From an uncultured Solirubrobacterales bacterium (GTDB taxonomy: Bacteria > Actinomycetota > Thermoleophilia > Solirubrobacterales > 70-9), in NCBI GenBank assembly GCA_963811375.1, contig CAWEQY010000008.1, positions 34,092 to 98,091 of the forward strand: a stretch of 64,000 nt of DNA, given 5' to 3'. This document shows, in pieces, positions 24,514 to 34,044 of the stretch. The notes under the pieces were generated by a model that was not told where the DNA came from, did not search any database, and saw only the letters and a list, made by a program, of their open reading frames with translations. A program made the translations under genes and the position numbers. Position 1 is the first letter of the stretch, and each line of letters opens with the position of its first letter.

Positions 24514-26108
24514 TGGCCAGCACCGAGCAAGAGTCGAAGCACCTCCTTCCCGGCACCGCGACGCTGGCGGAGCTGAACGAGCAGCTGCACGAGCGCCGCG
24601 CCAAAGCGAAGCTGGGCGGCGGCGAGGAGAAGATCGCCAAACAGCACGGCCGTGGCAAGCTCACCGCGCGCGAGCGCCTCGACCTGCTGGTCGACGAGGG
24701 CACCTTCGTCGAGCTCGGCATCCACGGCCGCCCGCACTTTGCCCAGCGAGCGATGGACGGGGTCGATGCTCCCGCCGATGGCGTCATCACCGGTTGGGGC
24801 GAGGTCGACGGCCGTCCCACCTGCATCGCCGCCTACGACTTCACGGTGATGGCCGGCTCGATGGGGATGACCGGCGAGCTCAAGGTCACCCGCCTGCGTG
24901 AGATGGCTCTCTCCAAGCGGATGCCCTTTATCTGGCTGCTGGACTCGGCCGGCGCCCGCATCCAGGAGGCAACCGGGTCGCTCTTCGCCGGCTCCGGCTT
25001 CCTCTTCCGTGAGGAGGTCGAAATGTCGGGCGTGGTCCCGATGGTGGCGGCGATGATGGGTCCCTGCGCGGCCGGCACCGCCTACATCCCGGCCCTGGCC
25101 GACTTCGTGCCGATGGTCTCCGGCCAGGGGGCGATGGCGCTGGCCGGCCCGCACCTGGTCAAAGCCGTGACCGGCGAGGACATCTCGATGGAGGACCTCG
25201 GCGGGGCCAAGGTGCACTGCCGCAAATCGGGCGTGGGGGACCTCGAGATTCCGGACGACGAAGCCTGTATCGCCGCGATCAAGCAGTACCTCTCCTACTT
25301 CCCCGCCAACTGCGAGCAGAAGCCGCCGGTGATCGCGACCGACGACCTCGACGACCGCATGTCGGAGAAGCTGATGGAGATCGTCCCCGACTCCTCGCGC
25401 CAGCCCTACGACATGTACGACGTGATCCGCGAGATCGTCGACGACGGCGAGTGGTTCGACCTGAAGCCGAAGTTCGCCAAGACCCTGATCACCTGCTTCG
25501 CCCGCTTCGGCGGCCAGCCGGTCGGGATCGTCGCCAACCAGCCCAAGCAGCTGGCCGGGATCCTCGACAACGACTCCGCCGACAAGGCGGCCCGCTTCAT
25601 CAATCTCTGCGACGCCTTCAGTATCCCCCTGGTCTTCCTCCAAGACGTGCCCGGCTTCATGGTCGGCTCAAAGGTCGAGCACACCGGGATCATCCGCCAC
25701 GGCGCCAAGATGCTCTACGCGGTCAGCCGCGCCACGGTGCCGAAGGTGACGGTGATCGTCCGCAAGGCCTACGGCGCCGGCTACTACGTGATGTGCGGCA
25801 AAGCGTATGAGCCGGACCTGATCGTCGCCTGGCCCGGGGCCGAGATCTCGGTCATGGGCGCCGAGGGCGCGGTCGAAATCATCGGCCGCTCGGCGATCGA
25901 GGCGTCAGACGATCCGGAGGCCACCCGCGAGGCGATGCTGAACGCGGTCCGCCAGCAGATCGACCCCTACATCGCGGCCGGCAACGCGGTCATCGACGAC
26001 ATCATCGACCCCCGCGAGACCCGCCCGACGATCGTCAAGGCACTGCGGATGGCCAAGGACAAGCAAGTGCGCAAGCCCAGGAAACGACATGGAGTGATGC
26101 CCGTATGA
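24513..26108 (+). CDS. Acyl-CoA carboxylase carboxyltransferase (beta) subunit
   Basis: GTG at 24513 overlaps the crotonase stop. Diagnostic blocks are GKLTARERLDLLVDEGTFVELG, FTVMAGSMG, DSAGARIQE and FLQDVPGFMVG. The upstream part of ORF 24312..26108 is rejected. Confidence 0.9.
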   Translation: MASTEQESKHLLPGTATLAELNEQLHERRAKAKLGGGEEKIAKQHGRGKLTARERLDLLVDEGTFVELGIHGRPHFAQRAMDGVDAPADGVITGWGEVDGRPTCIAAYDFTVMAGSMGMTGELKVTRLREMALSKRMPFIWLLDSAGARIQEATGSLFAGSGFLFREEVEMSGVVPMVAAMMGPCAAGTAYIPALADFVPMVSGQGAMALAGPHLVKAVTGEDISMEDLGGAKVHCRKSGVGDLEIPDDEACIAAIKQYLSYFPANCEQKPPVIATDDLDDRMSEKLMEIVPDSSRQPYDMYDVIREIVDDGEWFDLKPKFAKTLITCFARFGGQPVGIVANQPKQLAGILDNDSADKAARFINLCDAFSIPLVFLQDVPGFMVGSKVEHTGIIRHGAKMLYAVSRATVPKVTVIVRKAYGAGYYVMCGKAYEPDLIVAWPGAEISVMGAEGAVEIIGRSAIEASDDPEATREAMLNAVRQQIDPYIAAGNAVIDDIIDPRETRPTIVKALRMAKDKQVRKPRKRHGVMPV

Positions 26109-26998
26109 GCCGCTTCGAGGACCCGGTAGTCATCAGCTGCTCGATCTCGGGCGTGATCGCCAACCGCGACCAGTGCCCGGCGATCCCGTACACGCCCGAG
26201 GAGTACGCGGCGGAGGCACGGCGCGCGGTCGACGAGGGCGCCTCGCAGATCCACATCCACGCTCGCACCCCCGATGGCACTCCCTCGTACGAGATCGAGG
26301 ACTTCAAGGCGATCACCGAGGCGATCCTGGCCGAGGTCGGCGACGTCATCGTCAACTACTCGACCGGGGCGATCGGGATCTCGATCGAGAAGCGGATCGA
26401 GTACCTGCGAGCTCTGAAGCCCGACGTGGCGGCGCTGAACATGAGCTCGATGAACTACGCCAAGTACTCCAAGCGGCGCAAGGACTTCGTCTTCAAAACG
26501 GTTTTCGAGAACAGCTTCGACACGATCGTCGAGTTCCTGACCGCGATGCGGGAGCTGGGGATCAAGCCCGAGAACGAGTGCTTCGACGCCGGCCACGTCG
26601 CCAACCTCGATCCGCTGATCGACATGGGGCTGCTCGAGGAGCCGCTGCAGATCTCGCTCGTGATGGGCGTCACCGGCGGCATCCGGCCGACCCCGCGCAA
26701 CGTCACCCTGATGTCGGACCAGATTCCCGGCGGCGCAGAGGGCCGCAACCAGTGGCAGACGATCGGCATCTCCCGCGACCAGTGGAAACTGCTGGGTGCG
26801 GCGCTGGTGCTGGGGGGCAACGTCCGCGCTGGCGTCGAGGACAACCTTTACCTGCCGGACGGGGAGATGGCGCGCTCCAACGGCGACCTGATCGCCAAGG
26901 CGCGTCAGATGGCCGAGGACGTCGGCCGCCGCGCCGCCACCGTGGCCGAGGCTCGCGAGCTGCTGGGGATACCCAAGCGTGAGCGCTCTCCCGCTTAG
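26105..26998 (+). CDS. Beta-keto acid cleavage enzyme (BKACE / 3-keto-5-aminohexanoate cleavage family)
   Basis: VVISCSISGV, YTPEEYAAEARRAVDEGASQIHIHAR and NVRAGVEDNLYL. Confidence 0.85.
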   Translation: MSRFEDPVVISCSISGVIANRDQCPAIPYTPEEYAAEARRAVDEGASQIHIHARTPDGTPSYEIEDFKAITEAILAEVGDVIVNYSTGAIGISIEKRIEYLRALKPDVAALNMSSMNYAKYSKRRKDFVFKTVFENSFDTIVEFLTAMRELGIKPENECFDAGHVANLDPLIDMGLLEEPLQISLVMGVTGGIRPTPRNVTLMSDQIPGGAEGRNQWQTIGISRDQWKLLGAALVLGGNVRAGVEDNLYLPDGEMARSNGDLIAKARQMAEDVGRRAATVAEARELLGIPKRERSPA

Positions 26999-28217
26999 CG
27001 ACGTCAAGGTCCTCGACCTGACCCGGCTGCTGCCGGGTGGCTTCTGCTCGCTGCTGCTGGCCGACCTCGGCGCCGAGGTGCTGAAGGTCGAGGACACCGG
27101 CATGGGCGACTACATCCGTTGGGCGCCGCCCTACTACGGGACGGACGAGCAGCAGGCACTCGGCACCCGCTCCTCTCTCTACCTCTCGCTCAACCGCGGC
27201 AAGCGCTCGGTCCGGCTCGACCTCAAGAGCGAGGCCGGCCGCGAGGCGCTGCTGCGCCTGGTCGAGCGCCACGACGTCGTCCTCGACGGCTTCCGCCCAG
27301 GCGTCCTCGATCGGCTTGGCGTCGGCTACGAGCGCATGCGCGAGGCCAATCCGGCGCTGGTCTTCTGCGCGATCACCGGTTACGGCCAGGACGGTCCTTA
27401 CGCGCAGCGGGCCGGGCACGACATGAACTACCTCGGTCTGGTCGGGTTGCTCGGCCTGACCGGAGCCGAGGACGGGCCACCGGTCCAGTCCGCCGGCCAG
27501 ATCGCCGACCTCGGCGGTGGCGCGCTGATGGCGGCCTTCGGGGTGATGGCGGCGCTGCACGAGCGCCGCCGCTCCGGCGAGGGCCAGATGGTCGACGTCT
27601 CGATGGCCGACGGCGCCCTCTCCTGGCTGGCGATGGTCGCCGGCCGCTACTTCTGCGATGGCGAGGTGCCGAAGCGGGGTGAGCAGCAGTTGGCGGGGGG
27701 GCTGATCTGTTACCTCCCCTACGAGGTCGCCGACGGCTGGGTCAGCTGCGGCGCCCTGGAGCCGAAGTTCTGGGCCGCTCTCTGCAACGGTGCCGATCGT
27801 CCCGACCTGATCGAGAAACAGTTCGAGGCGCCGGGGTCAGATGCCTGGCGCGAGGTCGCCGCGATCTTCCGCTCGCGCAGCCGCGAGGAGTGGCTCGCCT
27901 TCAACGACGAGCACGACTGCTGCATCGAGCCGATCCTCGACCTCGACGAGGCCCTCGATTCCGAGTTGGTGCGAGCGCGAGAGATGGTGGTCGAGCTCGA
28001 GCAGCCCGAGCTGGGCACGGTGCGCCAGCTCGGGGTGCCGGTGAAGATGAGCCGCACCCCCGGCGACCCGACCCGACCCGCCCCCGCCTTCGGCGAGCAC
28101 ACCGAGGAGGTTCTGCGCGAAGCCGGCTACTCGGCCGCCGAGATCGCGGCGATGCTGGAGTCGGGCGCTGTCGCCGGCGTCGCCACCGAGGCGAAGCCGA
28201 CGGAGTTCCGAGCGTGA
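26979..28217 (+). CDS. Family III CoA-transferase (CaiB/BaiF-like)
   Basis: LSDVKVLDLTRLLPGGFCSLLLADLGAEVLKVE, GHDMNYL and DLGGG. Confidence 0.9.
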   Translation: MSALPLSDVKVLDLTRLLPGGFCSLLLADLGAEVLKVEDTGMGDYIRWAPPYYGTDEQQALGTRSSLYLSLNRGKRSVRLDLKSEAGREALLRLVERHDVVLDGFRPGVLDRLGVGYERMREANPALVFCAITGYGQDGPYAQRAGHDMNYLGLVGLLGLTGAEDGPPVQSAGQIADLGGGALMAAFGVMAALHERRRSGEGQMVDVSMADGALSWLAMVAGRYFCDGEVPKRGEQQLAGGLICYLPYEVADGWVSCGALEPKFWAALCNGADRPDLIEKQFEAPGSDAWREVAAIFRSRSREEWLAFNDEHDCCIEPILDLDEALDSELVRAREMVVELEQPELGTVRQLGVPVKMSRTPGDPTRPAPAFGEHTEEVLREAGYSAAEIAAMLESGAVAGVATEAKPTEFRA

Positions 28218-28918
28218 GCGCCACTCCCGCGGAGCTGCTGCGGATGGGCGAGCTGACCGAGGCCTCGGGCGTGCCGGCGCCGACGATCAAGCACTACCTG
28301 CGCGAGGGGCTGTTGCCGGAGCCGGTCAAGACCAGCCGCAACATGGCCTATTACCCACCCGAGTTCGTCGACCGAATCAAGCTGATCAAGCGCCTGCAGG
28401 AGGAGCGGTTCATGCCGCTGAAGGCGATCAAGTCGGTGCTCGACGAGGGCCCCGAGCGGGCCGGGGCGCTGCTCGAGCTGGAGGACCGGATCCTCGACGG
28501 AGCGCTGGTCGGCGAGCGAGCCCGCACCAGGGCGACCGAGGTCCGCAAGCGCTACGGCGTCCCCAAGGAGGTGCTCGATCGCCTCGCCGAGCTGGAGATC
28601 CTGACCCCCAATAGCCGCGGCTACTCGCCCTCAGACGTAACGATCATCGAGGCGATCGGCCGCTTCCGCGCCGGCGGCTACGACGAGCAGATCGGCTTCA
28701 CCGTCTACGACACCCTTCGCTACAAGGAGGCGCTGGAGCAGCTGGTCCACCAGGAGGTTGAGATGGTGATGACCCGGCTCGCCGGCGAGGTCTCGCCCGA
28801 GCGCGTGGTCGAGATGCTCGAAGCCGGCGCCCAGCCGCTCAAAGACCTGATCGCCGCCCTCCACACCAAGCTGATGGTCGCCGAGTTGGAGCGCCACCGC
28901 GCCGGGCGTAAGCCATAA
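28214..28918 (+). CDS. MerR-family transcriptional regulator
   Basis: GTG at 28214 overlaps the upstream stop (GTGA). The sequence LRMGELTEASGVPAPTIKHYLREGLLPEPVKTSRNMAYY is MerR-type. The upstream part of ORF 27890..28918 is rejected. Confidence 0.8.
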   Translation: MSATPAELLRMGELTEASGVPAPTIKHYLREGLLPEPVKTSRNMAYYPPEFVDRIKLIKRLQEERFMPLKAIKSVLDEGPERAGALLELEDRILDGALVGERARTRATEVRKRYGVPKEVLDRLAELEILTPNSRGYSPSDVTIIEAIGRFRAGGYDEQIGFTVYDTLRYKEALEQLVHQEVEMVMTRLAGEVSPERVVEMLEAGAQPLKDLIAALHTKLMVAELERHRAGRKP

Positions 28919-28997
28919 CGTCATTTCGAGTGCCCGCGCCTAAAGGGGTGGGCATGTTTCGGCCGAATTAGAAGTGTTCGTGTCGATCCTGAAAGAT

Positions 28998-30353
28998 ATG
29001 ACGCCGCGCTTGGGCCCGGTGGCGCTCAATGTCGTGGTCGCCTTTGCGCTGGCTGCACTGGCAGGCCAGGCTGAGGCGAAGGTCATCTACGCCTGTGTCC
29101 AGAAGCACGGGACCACCACTCACCGCGCCAAGGCAGCAATGCGCCTGGTGCGCAGGTCCGCCCACTGCCTGCCGTCCGAGCGACGACTGACCTGGGGCGC
29201 ACCCGGGTCGACGAGCTCGGCCGCCCCCAGAGGCCGAGGCCCGAAGGGAGAGCCGGGAGCCGCCGGGGCCCCAGGCGCTCCAGGCGCCACGGGTGCGCAG
29301 GCCCCAGTCGGTTCGCCCGGCGAGACCGGTCTCCCCGGGGCCACGGGGTCGCCCGGCGCGACCGGGCCAGCCGGATCCGCGGGCGCGACGGGGCCAACCG
29401 GTGCGCCCGGTGCGACGGGCCTCCCGGGTGCACCCGGTGCCCCGGGCGCGACGGGCGCAGCCGGGGCTCAGGGCCCAGCCGGCCCGAGTGGAGAAGCCGG
29501 CCCGCAGGGTCCGGCGGGCGCGGCAGGCACGGCCGGGGCTCGGGGACCGGTCGGTCCAGCGGGAGAAGCCGGCGAGGCGGGAGCGTCGGGCCCGGAAGGT
29601 GCGGCAGGGCCCCAGGGCATTCCCGGACTTGAAGGACCAGCAGGGCCAGCCGGCCCGATCGGATTGCCGGGGCCCCAGGGCGAAGCGGGTGCGCCGGGGC
29701 TCGCGGGGGCTCAGGGCGAACCCGGGGTGCCTGGACTCGCGGGGCCTCAAGGCGAGTCCGGTCCGGAAGGGCCCGCCGGTCCAGCTGGCCCCGCGGGCCC
29801 GATTGGACCGATGGGCCCGGAAGGTCCGATCGGCCCGCCCGGGCCGGAGGGATCCCCAGGCCCCGAAGGACAGCCCGGCGCCCCGGGGCCGGAAGGGCCA
29901 CCGGGCCCGCCCGGCGCCGAAGGGTCTCAAGGCCCCCCTGGGCCCAGAGGAGCTGTCGGGCCGCAGGGCGAGCTGGGGCCGCAGGGCGAACCGGGGTCAC
30001 AAGGTGAACCCGGGGTGCCAGGCGAACCCGGCCCGGAAGGACCGGCGGGCACCGGGGGCATCGCCAAAGTGATCGTGGTCACCGCTCACGGCGGTGAAGG
30101 CGCGCCCGCCGATGCGACCTGCCCGAAAGAGCTGCCCCTGGCGATCGCCGGCGGCAGCGCCCTCGACGACAAGGGTGGGGTCGTCTCGATCTCGGCGCCG
30201 ATCACCGAACACGAACTCTCGAAAGACGGCCAGCAACCCGATGGCTGGCGGACCAAGGCAAGCGCCGGCAGCTATACGGGGTACGCGATCTGCACCGGCA
30301 GCGGCAGCAAGGGATCGGGCGAAGAATCGGGCGAAGGCCCCGTAAAGAAGTGA
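28998..30353 (+). CDS. Secreted collagen-like triple-helix-repeat protein
   Basis: Signal peptide ...[16 protein letters not shown]. There are about 90 Gly-X-Y triplets (29238..30056 by hand count) with one APV interruption, then a ~95-aa Cys-containing C-terminal domain. The start may be ATG 28998 or GTG 28974. Confidence 0.85.
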   Translation: MTPRLGPVALNVVVAFALAALAGQAEAKVIYACVQKHGTTTHRAKAAMRLVRRSAHCLPSERRLTWGAPGSTSSAAPRGRGPKGEPGAAGAPGAPGATGAQAPVGSPGETGLPGATGSPGATGPAGSAGATGPTGAPGATGLPGAPGAPGATGAAGAQGPAGPSGEAGPQGPAGAAGTAGARGPVGPAGEAGEAGASGPEGAAGPQGIPGLEGPAGPAGPIGLPGPQGEAGAPGLAGAQGEPGVPGLAGPQGESGPEGPAGPAGPAGPIGPMGPEGPIGPPGPEGSPGPEGQPGAPGPEGPPGPPGAEGSQGPPGPRGAVGPQGELGPQGEPGSQGEPGVPGEPGPEGPAGTGGIAKVIVVTAHGGEGAPADATCPKELPLAIAGGSALDDKGGVVSISAPITEHELSKDGQQPDGWRTKASAGSYTGYAICTGSGSKGSGEESGEGPVKK

Positions 30354-30934
30354 GCACCGCCGCGCCCACGCCTGGTCCAAGGCGGATGGGGAGCCGGCGC
30401 CAGATCGCCGTCGCGGTGGTCGCCATCGGCGCTCTCGGCCTGGTCGTCTGGCTGCTGCTTGGCGATGACGGCGGCGACTCGACGGCCCCGGGTTCGCCCG
30501 AAGCCGTCAGCGCCGCGCAACTCCGCGACCTCTCCGCCTCGGTTGGCCACGACGTCTACTGGGCCGGCGATCCTGCCGCCGGCGCCGAGCTCGAGCTGAC
30601 CCACCAGGCCGATGGCCGGATCTACGTCCGCTATCTGAGCGGCGACGCCGAGGCGGGCGATGCGCGGGCGCGCTTCACGACCGTCGGCACCTACCCGGTC
30701 GCGGCGGCGCTGGCCGCGTTGCGCAGGCAGGCGCAGCAGCCGGCGGCGATCACTCGCACCCTCCCGGACGGCGGCCTCGCATACATGGATGCCGATCGCC
30801 CGACCAGCGTCTATCTCGCCTGGCCCGGATCCGACTATGAGGTCGAGGTCTTCGATCCTTCGCCCAAGCGCGCTCTCGACCTGGTGCTCGCCGGCGCGAT
30901 CGCGCCGGTTCGCCAGGAGGGTCTGGCGAACTAG
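30350..30934 (+). CDS. Membrane-anchored hypothetical protein (coupled to the collagen-like gene)
   Basis: Its start overlaps the upstream stop. It has an N-terminal TM helix, [19 protein letters not shown]. No motif recognised. Confidence 0.5.
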   Translation: MSTAAPTPGPRRMGSRRQIAVAVVAIGALGLVVWLLLGDDGGDSTAPGSPEAVSAAQLRDLSASVGHDVYWAGDPAAGAELELTHQADGRIYVRYLSGDAEAGDARARFTTVGTYPVAAALAALRRQAQQPAAITRTLPDGGLAYMDADRPTSVYLAWPGSDYEVEVFDPSPKRALDLVLAGAIAPVRQEGLAN

Positions 30935-33900
30935 ACCGGGACCAGCTCCGCCCGGTCGGCGACGATCTTGCCCAGGGTCGTCCGGTGGCCGAGCCCGGCG
31001 GCGATCTCGGCTGCTTCGTCGAGTGCCGCGGCGACTCCATCCTCACCGGCGGCGGCGCGGATCTGGGCCAGCGCCCGCAGCGCCGGCGGCACCTGCCAGT
31101 AGATTCCGCGCTCCCGGGAGCCCTCGAGCGCCACTTCCGCCTCGCGGCGAGCCTCCTCCGTGCGACCGAGGCCGAGCAGGACGAGGGCTCGCAGCGTCCC
31201 CCGCCAGCCGGCCGACTCGCCCGGTGCGCCCATCGCCTCGCAGTAGGCGCGCTCGGCTAATTCGACGTCCTCCAGCGCCTCGGCGCATTCGCCGGCGGCG
31301 AGCCGCACGTACCCGAGGCTGGTCAGGGCCACGGTGTGGGAGAAGACATCCCCCAGCCGCTCGGTCAGCTCGCAGTTGCGCAGTCCCAGGGCCAGCCCCG
31401 CCTCGATCTCGCCCCGGTCGGCCAGGACCATCGCCTTCCAGCCGAGGCTCCAGCTCTCGGTCTCCGGATCGCCGCGCTCGGTCGATTCGGCCAGCGCCGA
31501 GTCCAGCAGCCGCTCCGCCTCCTCGGGCCGCGCCCGCTCGCGCAGGGCCACCGACTTGACCATCTTGCCCCAGGCCAGCGGGCTGCCGATCACGATCCCG
31601 GCCCCGAGGTCGGGGTCGTCGCCGAGGATCTCCAACATCTCGTCGGCGATCTCTTCCATGCGGTCGATGTCGCCCGAGAACATGTGCGGGTAGGCGGCGC
31701 CGCCGCGGATCGCCGCGCGCAGCCCCGGGTCGCCCGACTCGTCGGCGAGGACGATCGCCTCCTCCGCGTATCGCACCCATTCCTCGGTGTGGCCGGAGAC
31801 GCCGGGCCGGGCTGAGGAGAGCAGCCGCAGCAGGGCCTGCGAGCGCAGATCGCCGCAGCCGGCGGCGATCTCCTCGGCCTCGGCCGCTAGAGCGTCGGCG
31901 CGCTCGCGGTCCATCCCCAGGCGCCAGGCGTATTCGAGCTGCAGCATCCGCGAGACGAGGGCAAGGGCAAGGGTCTCTTCGCTCTCCTCGAGCGCGTCCG
32001 CCAGCTCGGTCACCCGCTGCCACAACCGCAGTGCATCCTGGGGGCGGCTGTGGCCGGCCCAATGGGCGGCGCGGGCGTACCAGCGCGCCGCTTCCAGCCG
32101 TTCCTCGCCTTCCTCGAAGTGCTGCGCGATCAGCCCCGCCAGCTCGTCGTGGCGATCTCCCTCGAGCTCGACGGTCGCCCGCGCCGCCGCGGCGTGGGTC
32201 GCCGCGCGCCGGTCGGCGAGCTGGGTCCCGTAGGCGACCTCGCGGGTCAGCGGGTGGCGGAAGGCGAGCACCCGCTCCGGGTAGATCTCCGCTTCGTAGA
32301 GGAAGCCTGCCTCGATCAGCTCGCGGAGCGTCGGCTCGATCCGCTCCGCCTCCAGGCCGGCGGTCATCCCCAGGGCCCGCCCGCCGACCTCCTTGCCGAC
32401 GACCGAGGCGACCTGGAGCAGCTCCTTGGCGTCCGGGTCGAGGCGGTCGATGCGGGCCGAGAGAACCGCCTGCACGGTTACCGGAACGCCCGCGCCCTCG
32501 ATCGGGCGGACCAGGCGGTAGCTGCCGCGCTCGCCCTCCAAGTGCCCCGCCTCGGCCAGCTCGCGGACGATCTCCTCGATGAAGAACGGATTCCCCTGAG
32601 TGCGCTCGTGGACCGGCTCGTCGAGGCCGTCGAGCGACGGGTCCTGGCCGGCGATGTCGCGCAACAGCTCGCGCGTGTTCTCGCGGACCAGCGGTCCCAG
32701 CGAGATCTCCCGGTAGGCCTCTGACCGCCCCCACGGGGGCGTGTACTCGGGCCTGAAATTGACGAGCGCCAAGGTGTTGGTGCCCTCGATCGAGGCGACG
32801 AGATCGGCCAGCATCGCGTTGCTGCCCTCATCGATCCAGTGCAGATCCTCGATCGCGAGGATCAGCGTCTTGCGGCGCTTCGGCGCGTTGACGAGGCGGC
32901 AGACGATCCCGCCGAGCGCGCGCTGGCGTGCCTCGGGGCTCATCTGCGGCACCGGCCGCTCCGGATCCGGCACGCCGAGGAAGTCGAACATCAACGGCAG
33001 GTCCGCGGCGAAGCCGGCATCGAGCAGCAGCGCCCGTCCGGCGATCTTCTCGCGGGTGGTCTGCTCCGCTTCGCGCTCGCCGATCCCGAAGAAGGCGCGC
33101 AGCATCTGCAGTACCGGCATGAACGGGACCGAGGTCCCGTGCGCCTGTGCCTGCGCCTCGAAGACCTCGACCCCGTCGGCACGGCAGCGCTCGAGGAACT
33201 CGTACAGCAGCCGGCTCTTTCCCGTACCCGGCTCGGCGACGACGCCGACGGCGCCGCCACGGCCGGCGTTGGCACCCTCCAGCGCCGCTTCCAGCGACGC
33301 CATCTCCTCGGCCCGGCCGACGAAGCGCGAGAAGCCGCGGGCACGGGAGAGGTCGAGCCGGGAACGCGCCTGACCGATCCCCGCCAGCTCGAAGACATGG
33401 ACAGGCTGGCTGGCACCCTTGATCTCGAAGTGGCCGAGATCGCTGAGGTCGAGGAAGCCGGCGGCCAGCTCCGCGGTGTGCTCGGTCACGTAGGCCTTGC
33501 CGGGCTCGGCCAGAGCCTCCATCCGCTGCGCCAGCCCGACCGTGTGGCCGATCGCGGTGTACTCGCCGCCGCCCTGCCCGATCGCCCCGGCCACCACCTC
33601 CCCGGAGTTGATCCCGATCCGGGTCGAGAAGTTGAGCCCGGGCCCGCGCCGCAGCTCGGCCGCATAGTCGGAGACGTCGTCGAGCATCTGCAGGGCGGCG
33701 TAGCAGGCGCGCTGCGCGTGGTCCTCGTGGGCGACCGGTGCTCCGAAGACGGCCATGATCCCGTCGCCGGTGAACTTGTCGACCGTGCCCTCGAACTTGG
33801 CCACGGCGTCGGCCAGGATCGAGAAGAAGCGCTGCATGATCTTGCGCCACTCCTCCGGGTCCTGCTGCTCAGCCAGATCCATCGAGCCGCTGACGTCGGC

Positions 33901-33954
33901 GAAAAGCACCGTTACCTGCTTGCGCTCGGCGTCGTCCCTGGTCGTCGGGATCAC
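30931..33954 (-). CDS. Class III adenylate/guanylate cyclase - AAA ATPase - TPR multidomain signalling protein
   Basis: Cyclase blocks are VTVLFADVSGSM, FTGDGIMAVFG and RIGINSGEVVAG. A P-loop GVVAEPGTGKSRLL follows, then a long TPR-like C-terminus. The start is set at GTG 33954 because the upstream 303 codons of ORF 30931..34863 overlap a real SDR gene on the other strand. Confidence 0.8.
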   Translation of the reverse strand: MIPTTRDDAERKQVTVLFADVSGSMDLAEQQDPEEWRKIMQRFFSILADAVAKFEGTVDKFTGDGIMAVFGAPVAHEDHAQRACYAALQMLDDVSDYAAELRRGPGLNFSTRIGINSGEVVAGAIGQGGGEYTAIGHTVGLAQRMEALAEPGKAYVTEHTAELAAGFLDLSDLGHFEIKGASQPVHVFELAGIGQARSRLDLSRARGFSRFVGRAEEMASLEAALEGANAGRGGAVGVVAEPGTGKSRLLYEFLERCRADGVEVFEAQAQAHGTSVPFMPVLQMLRAFFGIGEREAEQTTREKIAGRALLLDAGFAADLPLMFDFLGVPDPERPVPQMSPEARQRALGGIVCRLVNAPKRRKTLILAIEDLHWIDEGSNAMLADLVASIEGTNTLALVNFRPEYTPPWGRSEAYREISLGPLVRENTRELLRDIAGQDPSLDGLDEPVHERTQGNPFFIEEIVRELAEAGHLEGERGSYRLVRPIEGAGVPVTVQAVLSARIDRLDPDAKELLQVASVVGKEVGGRALGMTAGLEAERIEPTLRELIEAGFLYEAEIYPERVLAFRHPLTREVAYGTQLADRRAATHAAAARATVELEGDRHDELAGLIAQHFEEGEERLEAARWYARAAHWAGHSRPQDALRLWQRVTELADALEESEETLALALVSRMLQLEYAWRLGMDRERADALAAEAEEIAAGCGDLRSQALLRLLSSARPGVSGHTEEWVRYAEEAIVLADESGDPGLRAAIRGGAAYPHMFSGDIDRMEEIADEMLEILGDDPDLGAGIVIGSPLAWGKMVKSVALRERARPEEAERLLDSALAESTERGDPETESWSLGWKAMVLADRGEIEAGLALGLRNCELTERLGDVFSHTVALTSLGYVRLAAGECAEALEDVELAERAYCEAMGAPGESAGWRGTLRALVLLGLGRTEEARREAEVALEGSRERGIYWQVPPALRALAQIRAAAGEDGVAAALDEAAEIAAGLGHRTTLGKIVADRAELVPV

Positions 33955-34044
33955 CCGACCTAGCTTACGCCCCGGCCTCAGCCGTGCTGTAAGCGTTTCT
34001 CTCCGGTAAGCGAAGAAGTGCGCCCGCAGCAGTAGCCTGAACCG

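Noticed and set aside
29238-30056. Collagen-coding periodic DNA as a CRISPR array or non-coding tandem repeat
   Set aside because: The periodicity is 9 bp, or 3 codons of Gly-X-Y, within one long signal-peptide-bearing ORF. There is no repeat-spacer architecture.
28968-30072. Several 250-320-aa ORFs on both strands across the collagen-like repeat
   Set aside because: They are alternative-frame or antisense readings of the GGN-CCN-rich Gly-X-Y coding repeat. They give Arg/Pro/Gly-rich nonsense. Only the frame with a signal peptide and regular Gly-X-Y is plausible.
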